Made by a program: the position numbers and the translations under genes
NCBI GenBank assembly: GCA_963828465.1
Contig: CAWHEU010000022.1
Span: forward strand, 416,001-480,000
DNA from: an uncultured Acidobacteriota bacterium
GTDB lineage: Bacteria > Actinomycetota > Acidimicrobiia > Spongiisociales > ZC4RG35
Length of the DNA: 64,000 nt
Reading direction: 5' to 3'
The notes under the pieces: model-generated
Seen by the model: only the letters and a program-made list of their open reading frames with translations
Told to the model about the DNA's origin: nothing
Database searches by the model: none
Shown: positions 27,404 to 38,015 of the stretch, one piece after another
Layout: the number at the start of each line of letters is the position of its first letter
Position numbering within the stretch: the stretch's first letter is position 1

Positions 27404-28406
27404 CTTTGTGCAGGCCCCGGGGTTGCTCGGGGTCGAGATCCTTTGCCAGCGTGAGGTGGTAGGCGAACAGCTGGCCCAATACGACTGCGGGGATCGGGGA
27501 CAGCCATTCTTCGATCCCGGTTTCGAGCTCGAGGGCACCGGGTGCAATCTCTGCCAATCTGGTGTCGTTCCCGATCGCGACCAATGACGCTCCGGCCTTC
27601 TTGCATCGCCGCAGAACGTCGATCACATCGTCGATCGCCGGGCCACTAGCCGCGACGGCGAGCACCGGATAACCGGGCTCGAGGACAGCGATCGGACCAT
27701 GGAGGAAATCGGCGGTAGAGAAGGGCTGGGCCACTACCTGGGTGAGCTCCTGGAGTTTGAGCGCCCACTCGAAAGCGGTGGCTTGGTTGAAGCCGCGGCC
27801 CAGCACGGCGCAATACTCCATCCCGGCGTGCGCCGTCGCTGTCTCCGCTGTCCGACTCTCCTGGCGCAGGGCGTGTTCGACCAGGGAAGGAAGCCCTTCG
27901 AGAGTCCCGCTCGCCCCGGACATGGCTTCCGATATCAATGCCACCACCGTCAGCTGGGCGGTGTAGGTCTTCGTGGCGGCCACCGCCCGTTCCTCGCCCG
28001 CATCGAGGTCGATGACGACATCGGCCGTCTCGGCAAGGGGGGAGTCGGGCTCGTTGGTGATGGCGACGGTGGGCCGACCCTGCACGCGGCCCTCCTCGAG
28101 GACCGAGACGATGTCGGGCGACTCACCGCTCTGCGAGATTCCGACCACTAACGCCCCTTCGAGGCGAGGAGGGCGGTCGTAGACCGAGAAGAGGGAGGGT
28201 GTCGTGAGGCCCACCGACAGCCCGTTGCGTGTGCCCCAAACGTATTGGGCATACCGACCGGCGTTGTCTGAGGTCCCACGTGCTGCGATCACGGCGTGGG
28301 TACAGCCCGAAGCGAGCCCGGCCACCCGCTGGGCCGGCTGGGCGTTGACCGTGGTGGTCCGGGCAATGACCTCCGGCTGCTCCCGGATCTCCTCGAGAAG
28401 TCCCAT
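27387..28406 (-). CDS. Double-SIS protein (glucosamine-6-phosphate deaminase, NagB-II-like)
   Basis: ARGTSDNA, ISQSGESPD, AATKTY, EWALKLQE, FLHGP, PRGL.KVT.T. Confidence 0.88.
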   Translation of the reverse strand: MGLLEEIREQPEVIARTTTVNAQPAQRVAGLASGCTHAVIAARGTSDNAGRYAQYVWGTRNGLSVGLTTPSLFSVYDRPPRLEGALVVGISQSGESPDIVSVLEEGRVQGRPTVAITNEPDSPLAETADVVIDLDAGEERAVAATKTYTAQLTVVALISEAMSGASGTLEGLPSLVEHALRQESRTAETATAHAGMEYCAVLGRGFNQATAFEWALKLQELTQVVAQPFSTADFLHGPIAVLEPGYPVLAVAASGPAIDDVIDVLRRCKKAGASLVAIGNDTRLAEIAPGALELETGIEEWLSPIPAVVLGQLFAYHLTLAKDLDPEQPRGLHKVTRTT

Positions 28407-29311
28407 CAGCGCCCACTCTCCTGTCCCAGGAGGCGGGCCGGGTTTGTCGAGGCGCAGGCTCGGGCCTGAGCCTCGGTGGCATTGGTCCAGTCATGGAGAT
28501 TGGCAACAGCCTGGTCCATGGTCAGAGTGCTGCCGGCGAGGATGGCGCGTCCGATCCGAGGGCCCTCAGGACCCACGAACACCTCCCGGTCGCCGAGGAT
28601 GTAGATCCCCTCACCAAGCCCGGTCGCCTGCATCGCGTCGGTCACCAGGATGAACCGCTCCGGCCCTAGGAGTTCCCAGGCGAGCCGAACCGAAGCCGGA
28701 ACGGCGTGGATCCCGTCGACGATCACCCCGCAAGGACGGTCGGAGAGGATCGCAGCGCCGACCAGACCGGGGGAGCGGTGGTGAAACGGGCTCATTTGGT
28801 TGAAGAGATGGGTCACGCTGGACCAGGGACCCTCGAGAGCCGCCGCCGCCGTTTCGAAGTCGGCGCCGCTGTGCCCTGCCGAGACCAGCACGCCGGAATC
28901 GGAGAGAATCGCAGCCGTTTCGAAGGCATGGTCCAATTCCGGGGCGAGCGTCACCATCTTCACCGCACCCGACTCAGCCCATCGTCGGGCCACGCCCGGG
29001 TCGGGAGGTCTGAGGTGATCGGGGTTGTGTGCACCCTTCCACTCCTGGGAGATCCACGGTCCCTCGATGTGAAGTCCCACTGCATCGGCGCCGTCATAGC
29101 CCCGAGGAGGGCCGGCCCGGATGACTTCGATGGCGGCATCGACGAATTCGTACGGCGCGGACACGATGGTGGGGAGGAATGCTCTGACACCCGTCTCGGG
29201 AAGATGACGTCCGACTTCCCAGATACTGGACGGGTCGGCGGTGAAGTCGTGACCCCAGCCACCGTTGATCTGTATGTCGATCAACCCGATGGCGCCGTCA
29301 GGTTCGTTCAT
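28406..29311 (-). CDS. nagA: N-acetylglucosamine-6-phosphate deacetylase
   Basis: GLIDIQING, HIEGPWI, KGAH, TLAPE, GHS, THLFNQM, DGIH, VTDA, LAGS.LT. Confidence 0.92.
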   Translation of the reverse strand: MNEPDGAIGLIDIQINGGWGHDFTADPSSIWEVGRHLPETGVRAFLPTIVSAPYEFVDAAIEVIRAGPPRGYDGADAVGLHIEGPWISQEWKGAHNPDHLRPPDPGVARRWAESGAVKMVTLAPELDHAFETAAILSDSGVLVSAGHSGADFETAAAALEGPWSSVTHLFNQMSPFHHRSPGLVGAAILSDRPCGVIVDGIHAVPASVRLAWELLGPERFILVTDAMQATGLGEGIYILGDREVFVGPEGPRIGRAILAGSTLTMDQAVANLHDWTNATEAQARACASTNPARLLGQESGR

Positions 29312-30879
29312 GTCTCGATCCCGTGCCCACGCGGGTAGAGCCCGGGGATAGCTGCGGGTAGATGGCCCTCGAAGGAAATGTCCCCGAACAGGGCTGACGT
29401 CAGGGCGTCGAGCGATGGCCGGTGTGAGCTGTACGTGCACACATGGGTCTTAGAGCCCGGGTAGGCGGCCAGGTCGAACGGGGTTCGCAAGGCGACGGTG
29501 ATCAGCGGTTTCCCCAATTCGAGCAGGGCTTTGGCCAGATCGACCTGTCCCGGTGTCGCCGTGACGGTCCCGAGGATGATCAAGTCATGGTCCTCCGCCT
29601 TCTCGACTACAGCCGAGATATCGCTTCGCTCCGGACGGTGGGGGTAGACAACCTCAGTCACCTCGGAGTGCCTGGAGCGCAGAGCCGTTGCCAGTCGTGG
29701 GGGATAGAAGGCGGTGGTGTCTGCCGGGGTGACGTTGACCGGCTCCGGTTCCAGAGCGAGGATCCGCAGGCCGGGTTCAGATTGCAGCGGGATCAGGGAA
29801 TCGTCGTTGCGGACGAGAGTGATCGATTCCTCGGCTAGACGTTTGGCGAGACGGAGGTGATCAGGCGAGCCCACTATGTCCGGACGCATCTCAGAGGCGC
29901 GCAGGGAGCTGCGCAGACGCTCTACCCGGGCGATCGCGGACTTCAGCGTGTCGTCGGCGATAAGTCCCCGGGAGTGACCTCTTTCCACCGCCATCCGCAC
30001 TCGCTCCTGCAGCCCAGGGTCGGGCATGCAGAGGAGGAGATCGGTCCCCGCCCGCATCATGGCGATGATCTCGACTACCTGAGCCGGGCCCTGGTCGAGC
30101 GCGCCCATGTCGAGGGCATCTGAGATCACCAGACCGTCGAACCCGAGGTCCGACCTCACGAAGCCATTGATCCCTGCCTCCGAGGCACAGAAAGAGACAT
30201 CGGGGCTGCCGGTGAGGGCAGGTACCACCTGATGGGCCACCATCAACAACTCGGCCCCTGCCGCGATCCCCATCTGGAAGGGACGCAATTCGACCTGCTC
30301 CAGCCGGTCCCGGTCGAGGTCCAACCGGGGGAGCTCATAGTGGGGGTCGACGGCGGCCTCTCCGCTGCCCGGGAAATGCTTGAGGGTGGCGTGCACCCCG
30401 GTGCTGATGAACCCGGTAACCATGGCACCGGTGAGGCGGGCCACCTGCTCGGGTTCGTCGCCGAACGATCGAATCCCGAGTGACGGGTTGTCAGCCCGCG
30501 AGGCGACATCGGCAACAGGCGCGTAGTTGACGTTGATGCCCAACGCGGCCAGCTCACCCCCCATTGCGACGGCCACCTGAGAGGCCAGGTCGACATCGCC
30601 CGTTGCCCCGATCGCCATGTTCCCGGCGAATTCGGTGGACCCGGGGAGCCCGATCAGCTGGCCTCCTTCCTGATCGATTGCGATCAACAGCGGAAGTGGG
30701 GACGAGTTGGCCTCCTGCAGGGCCGACGTGAGCTCGGCCACCTGGCCCGGGGAGGTCATGTTCCATTCCCGGAACAGACTGACGCCGGCAGGGGGAGACT
30801 CTTCGAGGCGCTTCCGCAGCCAGTCGGGGACCTCGGTCCCCTCGAACGCCAGCATCAGATGGGGGTCGGCGGCGCTCAT
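29308..30879 (-). CDS. GH3 beta-N-acetylhexosaminidase (NagZ-like)
   Basis: DQEGG, IRSFG, KHFPGSG...DPH, ISDALDM. Confidence 0.88.
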   Translation of the reverse strand: MSAADPHLMLAFEGTEVPDWLRKRLEESPPAGVSLFREWNMTSPGQVAELTSALQEANSSPLPLLIAIDQEGGQLIGLPGSTEFAGNMAIGATGDVDLASQVAVAMGGELAALGINVNYAPVADVASRADNPSLGIRSFGDEPEQVARLTGAMVTGFISTGVHATLKHFPGSGEAAVDPHYELPRLDLDRDRLEQVELRPFQMGIAAGAELLMVAHQVVPALTGSPDVSFCASEAGINGFVRSDLGFDGLVISDALDMGALDQGPAQVVEIIAMMRAGTDLLLCMPDPGLQERVRMAVERGHSRGLIADDTLKSAIARVERLRSSLRASEMRPDIVGSPDHLRLAKRLAEESITLVRNDDSLIPLQSEPGLRILALEPEPVNVTPADTTAFYPPRLATALRSRHSEVTEVVYPHRPERSDISAVVEKAEDHDLIILGTVTATPGQVDLAKALLELGKPLITVALRTPFDLAAYPGSKTHVCTYSSHRPSLDALTSALFGDISFEGHLPAAIPGLYPRGHGIET

Positions 30880-30897
30880 CTCGACCGGGCCGGGGCC

Positions 30898-31821
30898 TCA
30901 GCCCTTGACAGAGCCGGCGAGGAGGCCGCGAACGAAGAACCGCTGCAGAGTGATGAACACGATCAAGGGAATGACCATGGAGACGAAGGCCCCCGCGGTG
31001 AGCAGATGCCACGCCGCGCCCCGGCTCCCCACCAGTTGGGCCAGACTCACTGTCACTACCGCGACATCAGGGTTGGTGCCGAGGAAGACCAGCGACACCA
31101 GCAAGTCATTCCACACCCAGAGGAACTGGAAGATGGCGAAGGACGCCAGCGCCGGGTAGGAGAGCGGGATCACCAGCTTCGTGAAAGTGGTGAACGGAGT
31201 CGCTCCGTCGATGTAAGCCGACTCGAAGATGTCTTTGGGTAGCTGGGAGATGTAGTTGTAGAGCAGATAGATGGCCAGCGGAAGCCCGAAACCGGCGTGC
31301 GCGAGCCAGACGCCGACGAAGGTCCCGGTTAGGTCGTAGTCGCCGTACAGCCTGAGTAAGGGGACCAGCGACATCTGGAGCGGGATGACCAAGAGTCCCA
31401 CCACAACAGCGAAGAGGAAGCTACGGCCGCGGAACCGGGTCCAGGCAAAGGCGTAGGCAGCGAATGCGGCCAGGGTGATCGGGATCACCGTGGCCGGGAT
31501 GGTGACTATGAGACTGTTGACGAACGCCTCGAACATGTCCTCAGAGGTGAGCACCCTCTGGTAGTTGGCCAGGGTGTACTGGGTGAAGTCGAAGGGGTGC
31601 GTGAACACTGTCCACCAGCCACTGGTGGCCACCTCCGCCTCAGGCCGAAATGAGCTGATGAACACTCCAGCGGTGGGGACGGTCCATGCGATCCCGATGA
31701 TCAGGACCAAGACCTTCGCCAGCCACCCGCTCGACTGCCCGCGTTGTGGGGCGGTCGCAGTAGCCGTTGCGACGGCGTCACCGCTCAGAGGTGGCAAGCC
31801 TTCAACAGTCTCTGCGGTCAT
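30898..31821 (-). CDS. Carbohydrate ABC transporter permease
   Basis: EAA-like ESAYIDGA, FQFLWVWNDLL, RFFVRGLLAGSVKG. Confidence 0.93.
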   Translation of the reverse strand: MTAETVEGLPPLSGDAVATATATAPQRGQSSGWLAKVLVLIIGIAWTVPTAGVFISSFRPEAEVATSGWWTVFTHPFDFTQYTLANYQRVLTSEDMFEAFVNSLIVTIPATVIPITLAAFAAYAFAWTRFRGRSFLFAVVVGLLVIPLQMSLVPLLRLYGDYDLTGTFVGVWLAHAGFGLPLAIYLLYNYISQLPKDIFESAYIDGATPFTTFTKLVIPLSYPALASFAIFQFLWVWNDLLVSLVFLGTNPDVAVVTVSLAQLVGSRGAAWHLLTAGAFVSMVIPLIVFITLQRFFVRGLLAGSVKG

Positions 31822-32939
31822 GCCCCGATCCCTTGTCTACGGAGATTTCGCACGTTGACCACCATGATCGGGATCACGGCCACCAACAGGATCACGGCGA
31901 GTGCGGTGGCGAAGCCGAAATTCCGGAATCGGAACATCTCGTTGAACATTCGATTGGCGATCACATCGGTCTCGAAGTTCCCGTTGGTGGTCACGTAGAC
32001 GATGTCGAAGACCTTGAGCACGGCGATCGCGGTGACGGTGAAAACCGTGATGACCGACCCGCGTATCGAGGGCAGCACTATGCGGAGGAAGGTCTGGAAT
32101 TCGCCGGCCCCGTCGATTCGGGCCGCTTCCATGAGCTCTACCGGAACGCCTTTGATCGCGGCGGAGAGGATGACCATGGCGAAGCCGGTCTGGATCCAGA
32201 CGAAGGCGACGATGAGAGCCAGGGTGTTGGTGGGGATCTCCTGGAGCCAGGGGACGGGTTCCCCGCCAAAGGAGGTGACGATGGCGTTGAGGATCCCGAT
32301 CTGTGGCTGGCCCTCGGGGCGCCACTCGTAGATGAAGCGCCAGATGACGGCGACCCCGGCTCCCGAGATGCAGAGCGGGATGAAGATGAAGGACTTGGCA
32401 AGGGACTCGCGTTTGACCCGATCGACCAGACCGGCGAAGGCAAGACCGATCAGGAGTGCTCCCGCCGGAGCCAGGATGAGCCAGATCGCGTTGTTGCGCA
32501 ATGCGATCTGAAGGGCTGGATCGGTGAAGGCCTGACCGTAGTTGTAGAAAGGCCCCTCGCCTTCGGGGACCTCGGTGAAGCTTTGGATGATCGTCCCCAC
32601 CGCAGGCGCCAATAGGAAGATGGAGAGCACCACGATCGCCGGCCCGACGAATACGTAGGGGCGGATGATGGTCGTGGCGCGGGCGGGCAGTAGCTCCACC
32701 AGGGAGTTGGCCACGACGAACAGCGCCCAAATTCCGACCACGCCGAGCACGATGCCGATCAGGGCCTGTACCAGCTTGCCGCCAAAGGGTCCCAGGGCGT
32801 CGAGGGCGGTCTCGGACCGAAGGACCCTCAACCCGAGCCAGATGAGAACGATTACGCCAACCGCGACCGTGAGGTCGCGAACGATCGACAACGGTGGTCG
32901 GCGGTTCGTGTCTAACTGGGCTTCAACAGCCTCGGGCAA
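31818..32939 (-). CDS. Carbohydrate ABC transporter permease
   Basis: EAARIDGA, WIQTGFAMVILSAAIKG, LKVFDIV. Confidence 0.92.
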   Translation of the reverse strand: MPEAVEAQLDTNRRPPLSIVRDLTVAVGVIVLIWLGLRVLRSETALDALGPFGGKLVQALIGIVLGVVGIWALFVVANSLVELLPARATTIIRPYVFVGPAIVVLSIFLLAPAVGTIIQSFTEVPEGEGPFYNYGQAFTDPALQIALRNNAIWLILAPAGALLIGLAFAGLVDRVKRESLAKSFIFIPLCISGAGVAVIWRFIYEWRPEGQPQIGILNAIVTSFGGEPVPWLQEIPTNTLALIVAFVWIQTGFAMVILSAAIKGVPVELMEAARIDGAGEFQTFLRIVLPSIRGSVITVFTVTAIAVLKVFDIVYVTTNGNFETDVIANRMFNEMFRFRNFGFATALAVILLVAVIPIMVVNVRNLRRQGIGA

Positions 32940-32977
32940 TCGAACTCCTCAAACGCCGGACACAAACCTAACAAAAG

Positions 32978-33008
32978 AGAGGTCCCCGGCGTCGCCGCCG
33001 GGGACCTC
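32978..33008. terminator. Intercistronic GC hairpin after the SBP gene
   Basis: GAGGTCCCCGGCG-TCGC-CGCCGGGGACCTC inverted repeat between SBP and permease. Confidence 0.7.
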
Positions 33009-33022
33009 GACTCACTGATGGC

Positions 33023-34486
33023 TCAGCCCGCGGGCCAGCTGTCCTCGATTCCTTGGAATACCTCCTCGGTGCCTTCGCCATTGGCGGCCACCCAGTTGAC
33101 CATCCCGGTCCAGAACGAACCGGCGCCGACCTCCGCCGGCATCAGGTCACTTGCGTCGAAGCCAAAGGCGTCAGCCCCATTCAGGATCGGCACCAACTCC
33201 GTGTTGGGGTACGTGGTGTACCAATCTTGTGGGACCGTCGTATTGGGGCTGATAAAGCCACCAATTTCGATCCAGGCTTGCGCTCCTTGCGGTGTGGCCA
33301 GGTACTCGAGCAACGCCCGAACCTCCGGCCGGTCACCGTCTGTGAACATGGAGAACATGTCGCCTGCTCCCAGAACCGGGTTGCCCACTGCCGGATCGAT
33401 GCCCGGCAGGTAGAAGAACGAACTCGCCTCCCCGGGCGGATTTGCCCAGGCTTCGCGGTCGGGCACGTCACGGTTCCCGGGCCAGAACTCGGGGATCCAG
33501 GACGCCTGCTTCTGGAACCAGCACTGTGGTCCGGCAGCATCGAACATCGGATTCGCCACGTCACGGATGTTGGTGGCGTTGATGGCCGTATTGCCTCCGA
33601 ACACATAGTCAGGGGCGAACCAGATCGCCGACATCTGCTCCGCGGCCGCCAACACCTCTGGGGAGTTGAACGGAACCTCGTGCTTCCACCACTGGTTGTA
33701 GAAGTCGACCCCGGCGGTTCGCAGGACGATGTCCTCGAGCCAGTCGGTCGCGACCCAACCGTCGGCGGCCTCAGACTCGATCCCGATGCACCATGGGTTG
33801 CCATTGCCATCGGCGATGATCTGATCGCTGAGAGCGGTCATCTCGTCCCAGGTGGTCGGAATCGTGTACCCGGCCTCTTCGAATGGTGCCACCGGGTACC
33901 ACACGATCGACTTGACGTCGGTCTTGTAGTAGACGCCGTAGACGCCACCGTCGACCTCGGTCAGCTCGACGAAACCGGCGACCTGCTCTTCTCGGAGCTT
34001 GTCGACGTTGAACCAGCTGCTGATGTCGACCAGTTGGCCGTCCGCCTGGTACGAAGCCATCTTGCCCGGCTGGGCGATCTGGGCCAGGTCAGGAGCGTCG
34101 TTGCCATCGACCCTCGTCTGCAAAGCCAGCTCATAGTCGGGGAGACCCTCGTACTGGACGTCGATCCCGGTGGCTTCACGGAAGGGGTCGAGAGCCGCGT
34201 TGAAGTTCTCCTCTTCGCCTTCCACCCACTGAGCCACGATCTCAACCGTGGTGCCCTCGAACTCCCCGGCCATGGCTTGGTCGAGAGTGTCATAGCCAGT
34301 CGACTCGGCCGGCGCACCGGCTGTCGTCGTGGCGCCCCCCTCAGCGGCCGTCGTCGTGGCACCCGCTGCGGTGGTGGCTGTCTCGCTAGCAGTCGTGGTG
34401 GCTTCCTCACCGTCGCCGCCTCCACAGGCGGCGATCACGAACGCCATCACCACTGCCAGCACCAGCCAGTTCCGGTATTTCTTCAT
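33023..34486 (-). CDS. Sugar ABC substrate-binding lipoprotein (AglE-like)
   Basis: SD AGGAGG, lipobox IAAC, KSIVWY, PWCIGIES, GWVATDWLED, FDASDLMP.EVG. Confidence 0.92.
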   Translation of the reverse strand: MKKYRNWLVLAVVMAFVIAACGGGDGEEATTTASETATTAAGATTTAAEGGATTTAGAPAESTGYDTLDQAMAGEFEGTTVEIVAQWVEGEEENFNAALDPFREATGIDVQYEGLPDYELALQTRVDGNDAPDLAQIAQPGKMASYQADGQLVDISSWFNVDKLREEQVAGFVELTEVDGGVYGVYYKTDVKSIVWYPVAPFEEAGYTIPTTWDEMTALSDQIIADGNGNPWCIGIESEAADGWVATDWLEDIVLRTAGVDFYNQWWKHEVPFNSPEVLAAAEQMSAIWFAPDYVFGGNTAINATNIRDVANPMFDAAGPQCWFQKQASWIPEFWPGNRDVPDREAWANPPGEASSFFYLPGIDPAVGNPVLGAGDMFSMFTDGDRPEVRALLEYLATPQGAQAWIEIGGFISPNTTVPQDWYTTYPNTELVPILNGADAFGFDASDLMPAEVGAGSFWTGMVNWVAANGEGTEEVFQGIEDSWPAG

Positions 34487-34508
34487 ACCGTTCCTCCTTG
34501 TTGGTTGC

Positions 34509-35465
34509 TCATGTTGTCTGCTTGCTTTCTGCGGGTGACTCCCGCGTTTGAAGAAGATGATTGGCAGCCAGGACGGCTGCGCCCCGGGGCCCAGGCGGGT
34601 CATCGACCCTAGCCAGAACGACTTGCTCAGGTCGCAGCCTCCGGGAGGCGAGCTCGGATGCCACGCCGCGGCGGCCAACCTGTTCGCGCACCGCCTCGAG
34701 GAAGGGGTCGCCTGCCCCCGACACGCCCCCGGCCAGGACGATCACCTCGGTGTCGTAGGTCGCTGCAAGCCAGATGAGGGCGGTGGTGAGATGGCCCGCA
34801 ATTCGACCGGCCACCTTCTCGGCGGCGGCGTCACCGTTCGAGGCCGCTCCGAACAGGGCAGTGGCCGCGGTCCCGTTCACTCCTTTGGGCCATGCCCTCG
34901 ATATCGCGGGCCCGGCCGCCACCGCCTCGAGACAACCCCGTTGGCCACATCGGCACATGACGCCCGACCCGTCGACGACGACATGCCCGATCTCGCCAGC
35001 CATACCTCGTGCCCCGCGTAACAATGCACCCTTCACTACGACTCCGGCACCGATTCCGGTTCCGATGCTGACCAGGGCGAGGCTCTCAGGGCTCTGGCCA
35101 TCGAGGCGAAGACTCTCGTACGCCCCCACCGCTGCCGCATGCACATCGTTCTCGACAGTCACCGGGACGCCGAGCGCCGCCTCGATCTCGTTTGCCAGGC
35201 CATACGATTCCGCGCCTACGCCGAGGTTCACTGCCATGGCCACTTGACCCGTCACCGGATCGACTTGGCCTGGCACTCCCACCCCAATCGCCGCGCAATC
35301 GTCGACCTCGAGTGCGGAGAATGCGGCGACCGCTGAGGAGACCATCTGTCGGCCACCCTCGACACCTGTATTGATCTGATGACGGCCCAAGACTTGCCCT
35401 TCGGGGCCGATTGCGACGGCTGATGTGGAAGAGCCGCCGATGTCGATGCCGACCGTCGTCGTCAT
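34509..35465 (-). CDS. ROK-family kinase (GlcNAc/glucose kinase-like)
   Basis: GIDIGGS, ENDVHAAA.G, GTGIGAG, GEIGH, CRCGQRGCLE. Confidence 0.88.
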   Translation of the reverse strand: MTTTVGIDIGGSSTSAVAIGPEGQVLGRHQINTGVEGGRQMVSSAVAAFSALEVDDCAAIGVGVPGQVDPVTGQVAMAVNLGVGAESYGLANEIEAALGVPVTVENDVHAAAVGAYESLRLDGQSPESLALVSIGTGIGAGVVVKGALLRGARGMAGEIGHVVVDGSGVMCRCGQRGCLEAVAAGPAISRAWPKGVNGTAATALFGAASNGDAAAEKVAGRIAGHLTTALIWLAATYDTEVIVLAGGVSGAGDPFLEAVREQVGRRGVASELASRRLRPEQVVLARVDDPPGPRGAAVLAANHLLQTRESPAESKQTT

Positions 35466-36640
35466 CGCAAAACCACACCGAGTCGGTCGACCAGGACGCC
35501 AGAGGCTGCGCCGGCCAGGACGAGGTCCGCTCCCATCTGGGTGGCCTCGATCTCGATCAGATCCGCTGTGGCGGGGAGGATGCGGCTGCGCATCTCGTTG
35601 CGAATCTCCTCGATGAGTACGTCGCTTGCGTTCAGCAGTTCCGGCGCCAGCACCACATGGCCGATGTCGAGGGTCGCGACGACGTTGGCCAGGACCATCC
35701 CGATATGGCGGCCCGCCTCGGAAAGCGCCCGGCGGACTGGCTCGTCGCCGACGAGGCCGGCGAGGGCAAGTGCGTCCCATGGATGCCGCTCCGGGTCGGC
35801 ACCAAGGCGACGCAGGATGGCCGGCACGCTGGCGACGGTCTCGAGACACCCGGAGTTCCCACAGCGACAGGTGTCACCATCGTCCTTCACTCTGACGTGG
35901 CCGATCTCACCTGCGGCCGAATGCTCTCCGCGGTGGAGGGCTCCATTGAGGACGACCCCGGCTCCCACTCCACGGCCGAGCTTGACCAGGATGAGATTGC
36001 GGTCAGTGGGGCGGCGGCGGAACTCGAACAGAGCCGCCATCGCGGCATCGTTGGCGATCGAGACGGGGATGTCGAACCGACGCCGCAATTCGGTGCCCAG
36101 ATCGAATCCATGCCAGTCGAGGTTCGTGGCCTCGAGGACTGTCCCTTCGGGGTTGATCACACCGGGAGCACCGACTCCAATCCCGAGAACAGGGGCTGTG
36201 GACTTCGCGATGAGTGTCTCGATCAGATCGACTGTGACCTCATGTGCCTTCTCACCGACCGGAGCCATGTCTGCCTGATCTGCGTCGACACGCTCGTGGA
36301 TCCGCCCGCTCAAATCCACCAAGGCTCCCCGGAACGGTCGGTGCCCGAGATCTATTGCGACGATGTCGCGGCCCCTCTCATTGAGAGCGAGGAGCGTGGG
36401 TGGCTTGCCCCCTGCAGAGGTCCCTTGGCCCAATTCGCGGAGCAGACCGTTGTCGATCAATTCGCTGACCAGACTCGAGACCGCCGCACGGGATAGACCG
36501 GTCTGCCGTGCGATCTCGGCTCTACTGGTGGCACCCTGGTCGGAGACCAGTTCGAGAGTTGTGCGGAGGTTGCTGCGACGTGAATCGTGACGGGTCGCCT
36601 TGGCATGACGCCGGTCGCTCTGATTGTTGTCGACAGCCAA
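35462..36640 (-). CDS. ROK-family transcriptional repressor
   Basis: HTH SRAEIARQTGLSRAAVSSLV, GGKP, ROK domain CRCGNSGCLE; SD GGAGGAGG before TTG 36640. Confidence 0.9.
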   Translation of the reverse strand: MAVDNNQSDRRHAKATRHDSRRSNLRTTLELVSDQGATSRAEIARQTGLSRAAVSSLVSELIDNGLLRELGQGTSAGGKPPTLLALNERGRDIVAIDLGHRPFRGALVDLSGRIHERVDADQADMAPVGEKAHEVTVDLIETLIAKSTAPVLGIGVGAPGVINPEGTVLEATNLDWHGFDLGTELRRRFDIPVSIANDAAMAALFEFRRRPTDRNLILVKLGRGVGAGVVLNGALHRGEHSAAGEIGHVRVKDDGDTCRCGNSGCLETVASVPAILRRLGADPERHPWDALALAGLVGDEPVRRALSEAGRHIGMVLANVVATLDIGHVVLAPELLNASDVLIEEIRNEMRSRILPATADLIEIEATQMGADLVLAGAASGVLVDRLGVVLR

Positions 36641-36655
36641 CCCTTTCCTCCTCCA

Positions 36656-36699
36656 AAGAAAGTTAAGTAAACTTACAAAGTCTGGAGGTCCGCTGTCAA
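36656..36699 (-). promoter_or_regulatory. Putative promoter and operator for the ROK operon
   Basis: TTGACA-N18-TAAGTT on the minus strand, overlapping the AT-rich palindrome AAGTT-N5-AACTT (36660-36674). Confidence 0.55.
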
Positions 36700-36743
36700 A
36701 CGGCAATCGACCGCCACGACGCGGCAGACCACAATGTTTCCGG

Positions 36744-37946
36744 ATGGGCACCCCACATCTCCTGATCCGGCCCGGCAACCCTGAGTTCCTCGATCTCCCC
36801 TGGGACCAGCCGGTCAACGACTGGGTGCATGAGCGTCTGGTCGAGATGCCGACCGGGATCCATCGCCATCCGGTGGTCTTCGTCGCCTACGACGAAGGCG
36901 TGTTCGTGATCAAGGAACTGCCCAGAAGGCTGGCCAACAGTGAATACCAGGTGTTCCGTGCCCTCGAGGAACGAACGACGAGGTCGGCCGAGGTGGTGGG
37001 TCTGGTCGAGCGGGTATGGCTCGACCCTCATGACGAGCAGTCGGCTGCAGTGATCACGCGATATGTCGAGCACACCTTTCCCTACCGACATCTGGTTAGT
37101 GGATCGGGCTTTGGCCCGAGACGGGACCAGATGCTCGACGCCGTAGCCGGCCTCCTGGTCGAGCTCCATGTCTCGGGGTGCTTCTGGGGGGATTGCTCGC
37201 TGTCGAACCTGCTCTACCGATACGACGCCGAGGCCATCGAGTCGATCATGATCGATGCCGAGACCTCCCGCCTCTACGACCGGCTTTCGGATGGGCAGAG
37301 GTCCGAAGACCTGGAGATCATGAAGCTGAACCTCGCCGGTGAGATGGCCGACATCGCCGCCATGACCGGGTTGGACATCGACCGGGCCGACTTCACGCTC
37401 GGAGAGGATGTGGAGACGCGATATCGGTCTCTATGGCACGAACTGACCGAAGAGCTAGTGATCACGCGTGACGAGAGCTATCGGATTCGAGAACGGATCG
37501 GCCGTCTCAATCAACTCGGGTTCTCGGTCAACGATGTCGACCTCACGCCGACCGATGAGGGAAGTCTTGTCAGGATGAAGGTCGAGGTTGGCGGCCGCAC
37601 CTTTCATTCGGAGCGCTTGCGGCAGCAGACGGGCATCGACGCTTCTGAAAACCAGGCCCGGGTCATCCTCAGTGACTTGAACTATTACCTGGCCAAGCAC
37701 GGCTCGGTCTCGGCGTCGGGAAAGAGCGTGGGCACTTTCAAATGGCTGACCACGTCATTCGAGCCGATGGTCATCCGGATTTCGGAGCTGCGAAAAGGCA
37801 ACCCGGTTCAGGGATACTGCGACCTCCTGCACCATCGATTCCGCCTGGCGCAGCGCCGGGAACAGGACGTCCCCAATGAGGAGGCCCTCGAGGATTGGGT
37901 CGCCTCGGGCATGCCAGGTTTCGATCTGGCCGAATTGCCGGTCTGA
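36744..37946 (+). CDS. DUF4032-type kinase-like protein
   Basis: FLDLPW, GIHRH.V.F, VELH..G.FWGDCSLSN.L, IDAET; adjacent to the sugar ABC ATPase. Confidence 0.8.
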   Translation: MGTPHLLIRPGNPEFLDLPWDQPVNDWVHERLVEMPTGIHRHPVVFVAYDEGVFVIKELPRRLANSEYQVFRALEERTTRSAEVVGLVERVWLDPHDEQSAAVITRYVEHTFPYRHLVSGSGFGPRRDQMLDAVAGLLVELHVSGCFWGDCSLSNLLYRYDAEAIESIMIDAETSRLYDRLSDGQRSEDLEIMKLNLAGEMADIAAMTGLDIDRADFTLGEDVETRYRSLWHELTEELVITRDESYRIRERIGRLNQLGFSVNDVDLTPTDEGSLVRMKVEVGGRTFHSERLRQQTGIDASENQARVILSDLNYYLAKHGSVSASGKSVGTFKWLTTSFEPMVIRISELRKGNPVQGYCDLLHHRFRLAQRREQDVPNEEALEDWVASGMPGFDLAELPV

Positions 37947-38015
37947 CATCTCCCCAGCGCCGGCAAATTCCGCTAGGTTCACGGCGGCGGCCACGCGAGA
38001 TGAGGGAGTTCAGAC

